The notes beneath the pieces are model-generated. The model ran no database searches, was not told where the DNA came from, and worked only from the letters and a program-made list of their open reading frames with translations. Shown here one piece after another: positions 50,288 to 60,355 of a stretch of 64,000 nucleotides of DNA (within the stretch, counting starts at the first letter, position 1; each line of letters starts with the position of its first letter). The stretch is from an uncultured bacterium (GTDB taxonomy: Bacteria > Chloroflexota > UBA5177 > JANWHV01). The stretch spans positions 1,024,001 to 1,088,000 of the forward strand of contig CAWHAE010000012.1 of NCBI GenBank assembly GCA_963827235.1, given 5' to 3'. The translations under genes and the position numbers were made by a program.

Positions 50288-51205
50288 CTACTCGACTGCG
50301 CTGCGCCCCACGGTGCGCAGGCTGATCACGGTAAGAACCATGCAGATCAGCGCTAATACCACCGACGTGGCGCAGGCGTTGCCGAAGCGGCTGTTCAAGA
50401 AAGCATCCTTGTAGATAGACCACACCACCACGTTCGTCGCACCCAGCGGACCGCCCTGGGTCAGAAGCTGTACCGGGATCAGGATCTGCAAATCCCAGAC
50501 CGCCGAGGTAATAAGGACAAAGGTAGTGACCGGTCTGAGCAGGGGCAGCGTCATGCGATAGAAGATAGTCAGATTGCCGGCGCCGTCGATGCGCGCCGCC
50601 TCGTAAAGCGAGACGTCGATGCCCTGAAGCCCGGCCAGGAAGAGGATCATGGAGTTACCCACGCCCTGCCAGGTGGTCATCACGACGATCCAGAAGGTCA
50701 TCCAGAAACCGCTCAGGCTCCAGTAAATGGGCGAGTGCCCCGCGGAGGTCACGATGCGGTCGAAAATGCCGTTCGTGGGATCGAGGAAGGAGGAAAACAT
50801 CTGCACCACGATCGCCTGCGACACGACCACGGGCAGGTAGAACAGGGTACGGTAGACGCCGCGGCCCCGCACCTTCGTATTTAGGAGCAGGGCGAGCACG
50901 AAGGCCAGGGGGATCCCCAGAGCCATCAGCAGCGCGGCGATCACAAAGGTGGTGGTAAAAACGGACTGCTGGTAATTCCAGATATACCGGTAGTTCTTGA
51001 GGCCGACCCACACCGGCGAGCCCTGGATGCCGTTCCACTTCGTGAAGGAAATCGCCACTACGGCGCCGATCGGCACCAGACCCATGATGCCGTAGTACAG
51101 CATCATCGGCCCCACGAGGAGCCAGCCGGTCAGGCCCTCCCGCCTGCCGCGCGTCCAGAACCCACGCCGCGGGCGCGGCGTGTCCATGGCAACTGAGCTA
51201 TTCAT
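50288..51205 (-). CDS. Carbohydrate ABC transporter permease (MalF-like)
   Basis: WVGLKNY, LAGLQGI...LYEAARIDGA and TQGGP. Confidence 0.95.
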   Translation of the reverse strand: MNSSVAMDTPRPRRGFWTRGRREGLTGWLLVGPMMLYYGIMGLVPIGAVVAISFTKWNGIQGSPVWVGLKNYRYIWNYQQSVFTTTFVIAALLMALGIPLAFVLALLLNTKVRGRGVYRTLFYLPVVVSQAIVVQMFSSFLDPTNGIFDRIVTSAGHSPIYWSLSGFWMTFWIVVMTTWQGVGNSMILFLAGLQGIDVSLYEAARIDGAGNLTIFYRMTLPLLRPVTTFVLITSAVWDLQILIPVQLLTQGGPLGATNVVVWSIYKDAFLNSRFGNACATSVVLALICMVLTVISLRTVGRSAVE

Positions 51206-51239
51206 CCTGCCGAAGACTCCCCTGATCGTATGCCCGGGC

Positions 51240-51270
51240 CCCCGCCGTCCCACCTCTAGGGACGGCGGGG
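51240..51270 (-). terminator. GC-rich stem-loop after the SBP gene (stabiliser or partial terminator)
   Basis: CCCCGCCGTCCC-N7-GGGACGGCGGGG. Confidence 0.6.
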
Positions 51271-51316
51271 ATGCCGCGCTAGGCCGCGGTGGAGATCAAG
51301 CCCGGGTACGCCGCAC

Positions 51317-52639
51317 CTATTGCGCCAACTGGGCTTCGATGTCCGACTGAGCCTTCTTGATCAGGCTTGCGACCGGCTGCTGGGTGGTGAACAGACCGCT
51401 CTGCAGGTCGTAGATCGAGGAGTAGCAGTTGGCGTTGTTCTCGGGGAAGACCGGCAGCCCGGAGATCTGTCCCTGCTGCAGGCCCTTGAGGAAGGGCAGC
51501 TGCATCGCGCTGGTGGTGGGATCGGCGATCACTTTGGCGAGCTCTACCGTATTGGCCGGCAGCTCACCGTTGTACTGCCAATTCAGGGCCGACGCCTCGG
51601 CGGAAGCAATATAGTTCACGAATGCGAGGGCCAGATCCTTGTGCTGAGCCAGCTTGGGCACGCCAAACATCATATTGCCCACGACCACGTTGCCGGCGTG
51701 TCCACCGGTCGGGATGGGAAGGAACGTGACGCCGCAGTCCAGGTGGTAAGTCTTGCAGCTAGGCAGATCCCAGCCGCCGTTGACCGTGAATCCGGCCTTG
51801 CCGGCATACCAGCCATCGGTATAGAACTTGCCTTCGTCGGTGGTTGCAGCCAGTGCCGGGGACTGGGTCGCCGCGAGCTGGCGCAGGAAGGTCAGGGCCT
51901 TGAGGTTTGCCGGGGTATCGATGGTCGGCGTGACGCCGTCCTTCGCGGTGAAGTCACCGCCGAGCTGGCGCAGGAAGGGCGCCAGGCGGAAAGTGGCACC
52001 CAGACCCGTGGTGGATTGCACCGCGGTGCCGGAGACGCCGTTGCCCAGGGCGTGGATCTTCTGCGAATCGGTCAGCCACTCGTCCCAGGTAGTCGGCGGC
52101 TTATTGGGATCCAGGCCCGCCTTCGTGAAGAGCGCTTTATTGTAGTACAGCTCGAAGATGCCGGTCTGCACGGGAACCGCGTAGGCAACTCCGTTGTACA
52201 TGCCGACTGAAAGCGCACCGGCCACCATCTGGCTCTGCAGCGAGCCCAGGTTCACCGGCAGGAGAATGCCGTCGCGTGCATATTCGGGGAAATCCGTCTC
52301 ACCGGTGATCACGTCCGGCGCGTTGCCGGCGGCCACGTTGAGCAAGAACTTCTGGCGCAGAGTATCACTCCAGCCCCAGTTGAGGAATTTGATCGTGACG
52401 CCGGGATGCGCCTGCTCAAAGGCCTTGACTATAGCGTTGGTGTACTTCAAAGCAGATTGACTGGACTGCGTCTTCAGCGTCGGGTCAGTAAACGGGTACG
52501 AATAGGTGACAGTCAGGGTTACCTGGGAGGCGGCGGCGGCGTGCCGCGTGTAGGCGAGTGGGCTGATCGAGCCGGCAAGCACGCTTGCCAACGTGATAGC
52601 GCCGATCGTCAGCGTCCGGAACGCATGTCTCATGACCAT
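51317..52639 (-). CDS. Sugar ABC transporter substrate-binding protein
   Basis: Signal peptide, FEQAHPGV.I, APDV and LYYNKALFTKAGLDPNKPPTTWDE. Confidence 0.93.
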   Translation of the reverse strand: MVMRHAFRTLTIGAITLASVLAGSISPLAYTRHAAAASQVTLTVTYSYPFTDPTLKTQSSQSALKYTNAIVKAFEQAHPGVTIKFLNWGWSDTLRQKFLLNVAAGNAPDVITGETDFPEYARDGILLPVNLGSLQSQMVAGALSVGMYNGVAYAVPVQTGIFELYYNKALFTKAGLDPNKPPTTWDEWLTDSQKIHALGNGVSGTAVQSTTGLGATFRLAPFLRQLGGDFTAKDGVTPTIDTPANLKALTFLRQLAATQSPALAATTDEGKFYTDGWYAGKAGFTVNGGWDLPSCKTYHLDCGVTFLPIPTGGHAGNVVVGNMMFGVPKLAQHKDLALAFVNYIASAEASALNWQYNGELPANTVELAKVIADPTTSAMQLPFLKGLQQGQISGLPVFPENNANCYSSIYDLQSGLFTTQQPVASLIKKAQSDIEAQLAQ

Positions 52640-52846
52640 GTTCCTCTCAACCACAACAGGAATCGTGTTCTGTTACCCTGAAAGAAGATGCGAAGCTCCG
52701 CTTGTCGCGCGTGTTTCCATCCGGCGGTGTGCGCGCTCAGGATACGAGCATTGGCGTGTCTATCCTAAGCGCGTACGCCGTCTTTTCTTTGTACGATGTG
52801 CTCTCGCGGATCCCGGGAGGCTAACGCCATCCGGAATGGGAACCGC

Positions 52847-54010
52847 TCAGCTCTTGAGGACTGCCGGCCGCGCAGGCACGGCGCAGGTGGCCCCCGGCCG
52901 GAGCACCGCAGGCACCTGGATTGCTTCTGTCGTCGTCGTATCGTCCATAAGTTGGCAGACCAGCCGTGCAGCTTCGTATCCGATCGTGTACTCTGACTGG
53001 TCCAGCCAAGCTACCGGATCGCCGTCACCCCCTTTCCCAAAGAGTCGTTCGAATCCGTGGATAGGACCCCCCAGATCGAAACCGATCAGCGACAGGTCCC
53101 CGGGTATACGTACGTTGAGCCGGGCGGCGGCATCGCTCACCCGCTGCGCGTCGAATATGGAGATAGCAATCACGGCAGTAACGTCTGGGTGCGCACGCAG
53201 CTTGGCGCACAGGAAATCGACCGCCGCATCGTGTTCCGGGCCGGGACCGGCCTCCTGAATCCAAAGCAGGTCGTCGTCTGCCGGCAAGCCGGCGGACTTG
53301 ATACTCTCGGAATAGCCGCGCACGCGCTCGAGTATGCTTTTCGTGGACTTGGGATATGCCGAGTCCACCGAGGCCAAGGCGATGCGCCTATGCCCCAGCC
53401 TTTGCAGATAGCCAACGGCCTGGGCCGTGCCGCCTGCATGGTCGCCCACGACCCGCGAGACGTCGATGCCCGGTAACCAGCGGTCGACCAGCACCAGCGG
53501 GAATCGCTCCAGCGAGAGCCGCACGATCTGCTCGTTGTACAGCTCTCCTTCCACCGGGAACACGATGAGGCCCTGGACGCCGGCCCGCACAAAGCTGTTG
53601 ACGAACTCACCTTCCTTACTGCGATCGTTCAGGGAAGCCCCGAACAGCAGATGTATGTGACGCTCCGCGAGACCGGCAGCAATCCCGGCAAACATGCGAG
53701 AAGCAAACGCGTCGGCCACGGTCGGCACGATGACGCCGACGGTTGCAGGCTGGGCCACGGGAGCCGCCGCCTCCTTCGCCACCGGCGCCGCGGCCGCGTC
53801 GTCTGCCTGGACCTTGACGAAGGTGCCTTTGCCCGGAATGCGTACGATGAGCCCGTCCGCCACCAGGAGGGACAACGCCTTCTTGATCGTAGGTGTGCTT
53901 ACCTCGAATTGCTCGGCGAGACGCGGCTCGGTCGGTAACTGCGTGCCGTAGGTCTGATCGTGGATGCCTCGGCGCAGCGTATCGGCAATTCTGAGGTAGT
54001 CCGGCTCCAT
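52847..54010 (-). CDS. GntR-HTH plus LacI-type ligand-binding regulator (AraR-like)
   Basis: LPTEPRLAEQFEVS..TIKKAL..L...G.I.R..GKGTFV, plus PLVLVDR, GHRRIA and IPGDLSLIGFD. Confidence 0.93.
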   Translation of the reverse strand: MEPDYLRIADTLRRGIHDQTYGTQLPTEPRLAEQFEVSTPTIKKALSLLVADGLIVRIPGKGTFVKVQADDAAAAPVAKEAAAPVAQPATVGVIVPTVADAFASRMFAGIAAGLAERHIHLLFGASLNDRSKEGEFVNSFVRAGVQGLIVFPVEGELYNEQIVRLSLERFPLVLVDRWLPGIDVSRVVGDHAGGTAQAVGYLQRLGHRRIALASVDSAYPKSTKSILERVRGYSESIKSAGLPADDDLLWIQEAGPGPEHDAAVDFLCAKLRAHPDVTAVIAISIFDAQRVSDAAARLNVRIPGDLSLIGFDLGGPIHGFERLFGKGGDGDPVAWLDQSEYTIGYEAARLVCQLMDDTTTTEAIQVPAVLRPGATCAVPARPAVLKS

Positions 54011-54029
54011 CTAGCACCCTACTATTCAC

Positions 54030-54057
54030 TATCAATAACATACGTATGTTATTGATA
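54030..54057. promoter_or_regulatory. Perfect 28-bp palindromic operator upstream of the GntR/LacI regulator
   Basis: TATCAATAACATAC|GTATGTTATTGATA, with a TACGTA core as in AraR-type boxes. Confidence 0.75.
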
Positions 54058-54101
54058 CGTAATGTCACCGGGCCACAGACTAGCACACTAGGAAACGTCT
54101 G

Positions 54102-56285
54102 TCAATACGTGGCGGTCAGGATGCGGTCGACGATCTGCTGGCGATACTCCTTTGACAGGCAGCGGAAGTAAGTACTGTACCCGGTCACCCGGACCACCAG
54201 GTCTGGATAGCGATCCGGATCCTCGTGCGCCTCCAGGATCTGCTCCTTGGACACCACGTTGATGTTGACCAGGGTGCCGCCCTGGGCGTTGTGACTCAAC
54301 AGGAGAGCCTCCACCGCCTCGATGCCACCGACCGCCTGAGCCACCTGGCGATCCAGGTCGATTTGCAGAGGCGCCGAGTTTCCATAACCCGGCTGCACGG
54401 CCGCCACGGCGTTGGACTTCGCGGAGGGTGCCGTGCCGCCGCCGGGAAGGAAGCCCGGATCTGGATCGGCGCTGTGGGATATTGCGGTGTATGCGTGGCG
54501 GCCGTTTGGCGTGGCGGGCAGCGTCTCGCCCAGCCAGTTGACCACGCCGTGCGAGAACAAGCCCGGAATGACGTTGAAGCCGTGCGCGGTGCGCGTGTCC
54601 TTCACGAGGTGTGTGAAGAGCTCCGAGATGCGCTTGGCCCAGCAGTCCGCCGGACTGCCTCCAGTGCCGAAGCGCGCGATGCTCTTCAGCGCCAGCCGGA
54701 TGTCCTCCGCGCCGGCGAAATCCGCGGCGAGCACCGCCGCCAGCTCCTCCCAGGTCAGCAGCTTCTCCTGGACGACTCGCTGCTCGACGGCGGCGAACGA
54801 GTCGGCGACGGTGGCCAATCCGACGCCATCGCAGGTCAGGTTTACCTGATCGGCGCCGCCGCCGGCAACGTCCAGGCCCCGCTCGACGGCGCCGTGGAAG
54901 AACAGGTTGTAAATGATCTCCGGCGAGTTCTTCGATTGGCGATCCATGTGCCAATCGAAGCCGATCTTGATCAGGTTCACCGATTCGGCAAGGTGGTGGG
55001 AGAAGCGATTCCAGAGCTCGTCCATAGTCCGGGGCGCGGCACCGTCGGCCAGTAGCTCGTCGAAGGCAAGCAGAAACGGCTTCACCAGGCAGAGGCGGGT
55101 GACGTCCTGCAGGCAGTACTCCAGGCCGGGCAGGGCCGTCCAGTTGCAGCCCACTTTGGCGCGCATGCGGGCGATGCCGAGCGGCACGCCGTTCTTCATG
55201 AATCCCTCGACGATTCCCTTGTCACACGAGTAGCCCGGCGCCGTGCCGTCCTCGAAGAGGTACTCGACCGACTTTCGCAGCAGGCTGCGATCCAGGCCGT
55301 CGTGCAGCCGGATGGCCAGGTTGGACGGAATCATCAGTCGGTGGACAGCCTCCAGAATGAGATACGAGACCGGACTGGTGAGGTCGCGCCCATCCGCTGG
55401 GGATGGACCGCCGATCTGGTAGTAGTGGGTGTCGTTGAAGAACAGACTGACCAGCGCCCAGACCACCGCCTCGTCGTCGCCGATGCTGGCTTCACGGTCC
55501 GCTTCATAGAACGGGCGCAGCAGCTCGTCGAGCTGACCTCCCGCGCCGCCGGTAAAGTACATGCGGTCGACCGACTGGAACCAGGCCAGGAACTGGCACG
55601 CTTCGCGCAGCGTTCGCGGCGCCCCTTCCACCAGCCACTCGTTCATGTCGGCGATCTCGGCCAGGTTGGCGCGCACGACGAGATCCGTCTCCTTGGCGGC
55701 CATCTCGCGCCCCAGTACGACGTGCCGGCGTATCCAGTCCTGGATGCCGAGCACGACCGCCTCCTCACCGTCGTAGAAGGCAGGGTCCACGGGCCGGTTG
55801 AGTGCGCGATAATGCCGGAGCTTGGCCAGTATGCCTCCCCAGCCGAGATCGAGGCCTATACGGAGGTCGCCGCCCACGTGGTTCATCGCTCCGATGCCCG
55901 GCATCAGAATGTGGTACTTCTCGTGCAGCGGTTTGAGGTGAAGCGGCCAGTCCTGCTTCGGCCAGCGGCCGACCCCATGGATCGAGTCAACCCAGGCTCC
56001 GGCCAGGGCGCTTTGCGGCAGTATGAAGGCGGGGTGCGCTTCCAGCCAGCGGCGGAAGTTCTCGCCGACGTCCCGAATGCCGAATACCTCGCCCGAAGGA
56101 CGGCTGCTCACGGGCGTGAAGTCCACCGGTGTCTCCCAGGGAATCCAGCCGTGATCGTCGTTGTCGTACGTGCCCTTCATGGCGATCTTGCGCGTCGTGA
56201 AGTCCCTCTTCGTCTGCCGAATCGTCAGAATCCACTCTCCATAGGGAATCTTCCTCTCGTCCACGTCGATACCTTTCCTGTTCAC
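54102..56285 (-). CDS. Glycyl radical enzyme (PFL superfamily), substrate unknown
   Basis: C-terminal YPDLVVRVTGYS Gly loop, ATPNGR, G.ATVADS..A, P.TLREACQ and Cys loop VGCNW. Confidence 0.9.
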   Translation of the reverse strand: MNRKGIDVDERKIPYGEWILTIRQTKRDFTTRKIAMKGTYDNDDHGWIPWETPVDFTPVSSRPSGEVFGIRDVGENFRRWLEAHPAFILPQSALAGAWVDSIHGVGRWPKQDWPLHLKPLHEKYHILMPGIGAMNHVGGDLRIGLDLGWGGILAKLRHYRALNRPVDPAFYDGEEAVVLGIQDWIRRHVVLGREMAAKETDLVVRANLAEIADMNEWLVEGAPRTLREACQFLAWFQSVDRMYFTGGAGGQLDELLRPFYEADREASIGDDEAVVWALVSLFFNDTHYYQIGGPSPADGRDLTSPVSYLILEAVHRLMIPSNLAIRLHDGLDRSLLRKSVEYLFEDGTAPGYSCDKGIVEGFMKNGVPLGIARMRAKVGCNWTALPGLEYCLQDVTRLCLVKPFLLAFDELLADGAAPRTMDELWNRFSHHLAESVNLIKIGFDWHMDRQSKNSPEIIYNLFFHGAVERGLDVAGGGADQVNLTCDGVGLATVADSFAAVEQRVVQEKLLTWEELAAVLAADFAGAEDIRLALKSIARFGTGGSPADCWAKRISELFTHLVKDTRTAHGFNVIPGLFSHGVVNWLGETLPATPNGRHAYTAISHSADPDPGFLPGGGTAPSAKSNAVAAVQPGYGNSAPLQIDLDRQVAQAVGGIEAVEALLLSHNAQGGTLVNINVVSKEQILEAHEDPDRYPDLVVRVTGYSTYFRCLSKEYRQQIVDRILTATY

Positions 56286-57178
56286 CGAACAGCCACGGCG
56301 CCGGCCGCCGCCGCCTGGCGCAGTTCCTGCATCTGCTCGCTGCCGGGAGCGGCCAACCCGTTCGCCAGCGTTTGTCTGCCCAGTCTTTCGGACTTATCCG
56401 CACCCAGGCGATGAAACGGCAGCAGCTCCCAATAGAGCACTCCCGGCATGTTCGCCACGAAGCCGGCTATGGCCTCGACGTCCTGCACGGTATCGTTGAC
56501 CCCGGGAACGATTGGCGTGCGCACGATGATCGGCACTGCCGACTCGCTCACGAAGCGGGCGTTCGCCAAGATTTTCGCGTTGCCGGCACCGGTCGCCTGG
56601 CGATGCTTCTCGGCATCCATGAGCTTGACGTCCATCATGACCAGATCGATCAGCGGCAGCAGCCTCTCCAGCGAGCTGCGCGGAACGTGCAGCGCGGTCT
56701 CCACTGCCGTGTGAATGCCCTCGGCCTTGCACTGCGTCAGCAGCTCCAGCACGAACTCCACTTGCAGCAGCGGCTCTCCGCCGGAGAGCGTCAGGCCGCC
56801 GCCCGAATGCTCGTACTCGGATCGGTCCTTGCGGATTTCCGTCATCGCCTCCTCGACGGACATGCGTCTGCCGACGTAGACGAGAGACTGAGCGAAACAG
56901 GTCCTGGCACAGCCACCGCACTCTCGGCAGCGATCGCGATGGAAGACTTTCGCCCCGTCGATGATCTCGTGCGCGCCGTGCGGGCACGCGTCGACGCAGC
57001 GCCCGCAGCCAATGCACAGGTCTGGAAACACCTCGAGCTCGGCGCTCGTGCGCCACGACTCCGGATTATGGCACCAGAAACAGTGCAGGCTGCAGCCTTT
57101 CAGGAACAAACAGGTCCGTATTCCCGGGCCGTCGTGAATGGAAAAACGCTGAATGTTGAATACTACACCCTCGTTCAC
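56282..57178 (-). CDS. Glycyl-radical enzyme activase (radical SAM with ferredoxin insert)
   Basis: HDGPGIRT, CSLHCFWCHNPE, two CxxCxxCxxxC motifs and SGGEPL; GTGA overlap with the GRE. Confidence 0.95.
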   Translation of the reverse strand: MNEGVVFNIQRFSIHDGPGIRTCLFLKGCSLHCFWCHNPESWRTSAELEVFPDLCIGCGRCVDACPHGAHEIIDGAKVFHRDRCRECGGCARTCFAQSLVYVGRRMSVEEAMTEIRKDRSEYEHSGGGLTLSGGEPLLQVEFVLELLTQCKAEGIHTAVETALHVPRSSLERLLPLIDLVMMDVKLMDAEKHRQATGAGNAKILANARFVSESAVPIIVRTPIVPGVNDTVQDVEAIAGFVANMPGVLYWELLPFHRLGADKSERLGRQTLANGLAAPGSEQMQELRQAAAAGAVAVR

Positions 57179-57262
57179 CAGGAGGCTCCTTGCCTGATCC
57201 GACTATTCCAGCCAGACTGTAGCAGGAGAGTGTAGCCCGGACAACGCCGTCTTTTGGAGGAA

Positions 57263-58171
57263 ATGCGACGGATTCCTACCATGCACTTCCTGCAATGTCC
57301 CTTTGACCCGCCACCAAGACTCTTGACCGCCGGCATGACGGTTGCCTCGCCTGGATGGCTCCATCCGAGGCGACGCCTGGACTCGTACGAGCTCCTCCTG
57401 GGTAAGAGGGGCTTGGTCTACGTCGACGAGGAGAGCGATGTCCTGGAGCTCCGTCCCGGCCGCCTGCTGATGCTGACCGCGGGACGGTTTCATGGCGGCA
57501 GCGTCCCGATCGAGGTCCTCTCCTCATTCTACTGGCTGCACTTCGCCAGCAGCGCGCCGCAGCAACTCCTCTCCGAGACCAAAGCGATGGCAATTCTGGC
57601 GAACCGCGAGGTATTCTCCCAGCGGCTGATCGCCTCGGCGCTGCTGCCGCAGGTATTGGACCTCAAGGACCCCGCGGCGGTGGAAGTGCTCTTCCGCGGC
57701 CTACTGCACGAGCAGCAAGAGCCCTGCTACACGCCGTACAAGCTGCAGCTTCTGCTGCACCTGATGCTGGTCGACATCACCACGATCGCGCTGAACCACT
57801 ATCAGGAGACCACTCGTGCCTCGACGACCAGCGGACTCGCCCATTCGGCAGTCGCCGACATCGCCAATCGCCTTACGGACCCGGATCTATCGGTCAAGTC
57901 CATAGCGAGCCGCCTGGAGCGCAACCCGGATTATCTGGGACGCGAGTTCAAGTCGTTGACCGGCGTCTCGGTGGGCGAGTATATCGTCCGCCAGCGGATC
58001 ATCCTGGCAGAGGATCTGCTCCGCAACGGCTCAGGTCACATTCCCGAGCTGGCCGAGCAATGCGGATTCAGCACCATCCGGCATTTCCAGCGGCAGTTTC
58101 ACCGTCTGACCGGCATGTCGCCGAGCGAATACCGCGCCCGGCAGCAGTCGATCTACATCACCACGCGGTAG
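57263..58171 (+). CDS. AraC family transcriptional regulator
   Basis: Cupin N-terminus (HPRR, YWLHF) and C-terminal AEQCGFS..RHFQRQF...TGMSPSEYR; divergent from the activase. Confidence 0.93.
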   Translation: MRRIPTMHFLQCPFDPPPRLLTAGMTVASPGWLHPRRRLDSYELLLGKRGLVYVDEESDVLELRPGRLLMLTAGRFHGGSVPIEVLSSFYWLHFASSAPQQLLSETKAMAILANREVFSQRLIASALLPQVLDLKDPAAVEVLFRGLLHEQQEPCYTPYKLQLLLHLMLVDITTIALNHYQETTRASTTSGLAHSAVADIANRLTDPDLSVKSIASRLERNPDYLGREFKSLTGVSVGEYIVRQRIILAEDLLRNGSGHIPELAEQCGFSTIRHFQRQFHRLTGMSPSEYRARQQSIYITTR

Positions 58172-58190
58172 CGGCGAGCCGCGCTACCGC
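58165..58190. terminator. Hairpin between convergent araC and PLD genes
   Basis: GCGGTAGCG-N8-CGCTACCGC. Confidence 0.5.
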
Positions 58191-59717
58191 TCAGCCATCC
58201 AGCAGCCGCGACTCTATCTCGCCCAGGCTGAGGTCACCGGGCATCGACCCGGTCTGATAGGGGACCACGGCGGCATGAAAAGCGCCGCCGCGGCCGTCGA
58301 CGATCGCGCGAGCATAGGCCGCCAGCGGCGTCCACAGACGGTCGATCGCCTGTGCCGGGCTGAGCGCGGCGACGGCGGCCACGGGCAGGCCCAGATGCTC
58401 ACACCAGAGCCTGAGCCGCAGGTCGCGCGCCAGGCCGGCGTCCACGATCTGGGCGTTGATCTCGCTGTCGCCCTCCATGCCGCGCCCGTTGAGGTTCGCC
58501 GAGCCCACGGTGCACCAGGCGTCGTCTACGATCGCCGTCTTGGCATGCACGTAGATCGGCTTGTACACCCAGCCCTTGCGCCTGTCTGGGCCGGCCGCGT
58601 AGAGCGAAAACACGCGCACGCGACCACGACCGCGATCCGCGGCCATGAGCGTGGTCACGTGCGTATCCGTATCGCCCTTGCCGATATTCGGGCGCGCGGG
58701 CAGCACCAGGACGATGCGGAAGTCGGGATCGGTCACCCGCTCCAGGGCCGCGATCAGCTCGGCTACTACGGCGGGCGCCCAAAGGTACTGGTTCTCGATG
58801 TAGATGAAGGAGCGTGCGTCGCGGAAGGCCTGCCGATAGGCCCAGGCGATTCCGAACTCGCCCCGCGGTGCGAAGTTGTAGTTGCCCACGGGAATGGTGC
58901 GTACGATCTGCACCGGCGCCTCGTCGGACTGGTCCGGCACGGCCGGTGCTTCCGGCTGGTCGATGTTCTGCCCGGTCACCGCCTGCCACCTCTGGACGAA
59001 GTTGCGCCCGACGTCCGCCGCCGCCTCGCCTTCCAGTCGCAGGCAGAGGTCATGCCAGTTGAGCCCGGTGCGCAGCGCGTGCTCCGTGGTGTCCCAACGG
59101 TCCACGTCGAAATCCGCCATGTCCAGTCCGCCGACAAAGGCGATCCGGCCGTCGACGATGATGGTCTTCTGGTGATGGCAGTGGGCAAAGCGGACATGAG
59201 AGTCAGTGATCCCGTTGACGCGCGGATTGGCCCGGCGCAGGCGATGGAGCCCACGGCGCGCAACCTGGGCGTGAGGGCGGAAGATCCGTGAGCCACTCCA
59301 GAGCAGCACGCGAACGTCCAGGTGCGTCGCCGCGGCGGTGAGCAGGTCGAAGACCCTGTAGCCCTGACCCTCGGCGCCCGAGGCGGGCGGCACCTTTTCC
59401 GTGTCGGCCCCCCGCACCAACGGCATATCGACCGACATGGCCCAGTCCACGAGCCATACCGAGTGCCTGGCCTGCTGGATGGCGGTCCAGGCACTGAAGA
59501 AGGTGTCCTGGCCGTCGATCAGAATGTCGACCTGCGTCCGTGGCCGTGGGGGAGTACCCTGGGGAAACCAGTGAGCGTCCGCGGTCCACCACTGCGAATC
59601 GGGCCGTGGACGCTCGGGCTCCGGGCCCCAGGTCTCGTAGTCTCGCCGTCCGGCCGATCCCGCACGATCCCGCACCATGCCCGCCACGCGCAGTGGACTC
59701 AACCGCCAGTCTGCCAC
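58191..59717 (-). CDS. Phospholipase D family protein
   Basis: Two HKD motifs (HHQKTIIVDG, HAKTAIVDD...GSANLN), WHD and IYIENQY. Confidence 0.92.
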   Translation of the reverse strand: MADWRLSPLRVAGMVRDRAGSAGRRDYETWGPEPERPRPDSQWWTADAHWFPQGTPPRPRTQVDILIDGQDTFFSAWTAIQQARHSVWLVDWAMSVDMPLVRGADTEKVPPASGAEGQGYRVFDLLTAAATHLDVRVLLWSGSRIFRPHAQVARRGLHRLRRANPRVNGITDSHVRFAHCHHQKTIIVDGRIAFVGGLDMADFDVDRWDTTEHALRTGLNWHDLCLRLEGEAAADVGRNFVQRWQAVTGQNIDQPEAPAVPDQSDEAPVQIVRTIPVGNYNFAPRGEFGIAWAYRQAFRDARSFIYIENQYLWAPAVVAELIAALERVTDPDFRIVLVLPARPNIGKGDTDTHVTTLMAADRGRGRVRVFSLYAAGPDRRKGWVYKPIYVHAKTAIVDDAWCTVGSANLNGRGMEGDSEINAQIVDAGLARDLRLRLWCEHLGLPVAAVAALSPAQAIDRLWTPLAAYARAIVDGRGGAFHAAVVPYQTGSMPGDLSLGEIESRLLDG

Positions 59718-60355
59718 GATCCCTCCCGAACAAGCATACGGGCGCCGCCCGTGCGGCACTCAACCCCACCGATCAGCATGGTACCCGGCCGTCGACAAGC
59801 GATCCGTGCCCGATCCCGGTCCCTGGTGGGAAGCTCTAGGAACTCGCGCAGCAGATCCTGCAGGCTGCTCGTCGCGCAAAGGTCAGAATAACCGACTTGC
59901 TTCTTCGAGCGTGGCCTTCTGCTCGACGGCGAGATCTCGGGCTCCGGCAGCGGCTAGACCAGACGCAGCACGGTTCGGCGACGGCCGAACCGGCGAGCAG
60001 CGCCGGCAGCCTGACCGCGGAGCCGTGATCAATGGCGAGCGCGCGGCACTCGATGGCTCTCGAGCATGGGCGCCAGCGCTGGGAGATAGGATGAGCGACA
60101 ACATCGCTCGAATCCTTCCGGATCGAATGTGTCTGGACTTCGCTGCAGAGTGCCGAGAGAGGGCAGTACAATGCCCATAGCGGGGCGGCGCGCCATGGCC
60201 ACGAAGTTGCGAACGCTTTCGCCGAGAGTCTTGCATCCGGCCGGCAATCGTGGTGACCGCGCGGACTGAGGCGCAGTCCAGGATCTGTCTGTCGGCGGGT
60301 TTGGGGTGATCCGCGCACTCGCGGCCGGCTCTCGTGCCGGGATGGGAGAAGCCCG

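Noticed and set aside
54102-56285. Pyruvate formate-lyase pflB
   Set aside because: It lacks the adjacent Cys-Cys pair, and its activase has a ferredoxin insert, unlike PflA.
59780-60240. Short ORFs between PLD and the methyltransferase, with faint similarity to a malate synthase C-terminus
   Set aside because: The similarity is too weak and spans frames; no supported call.
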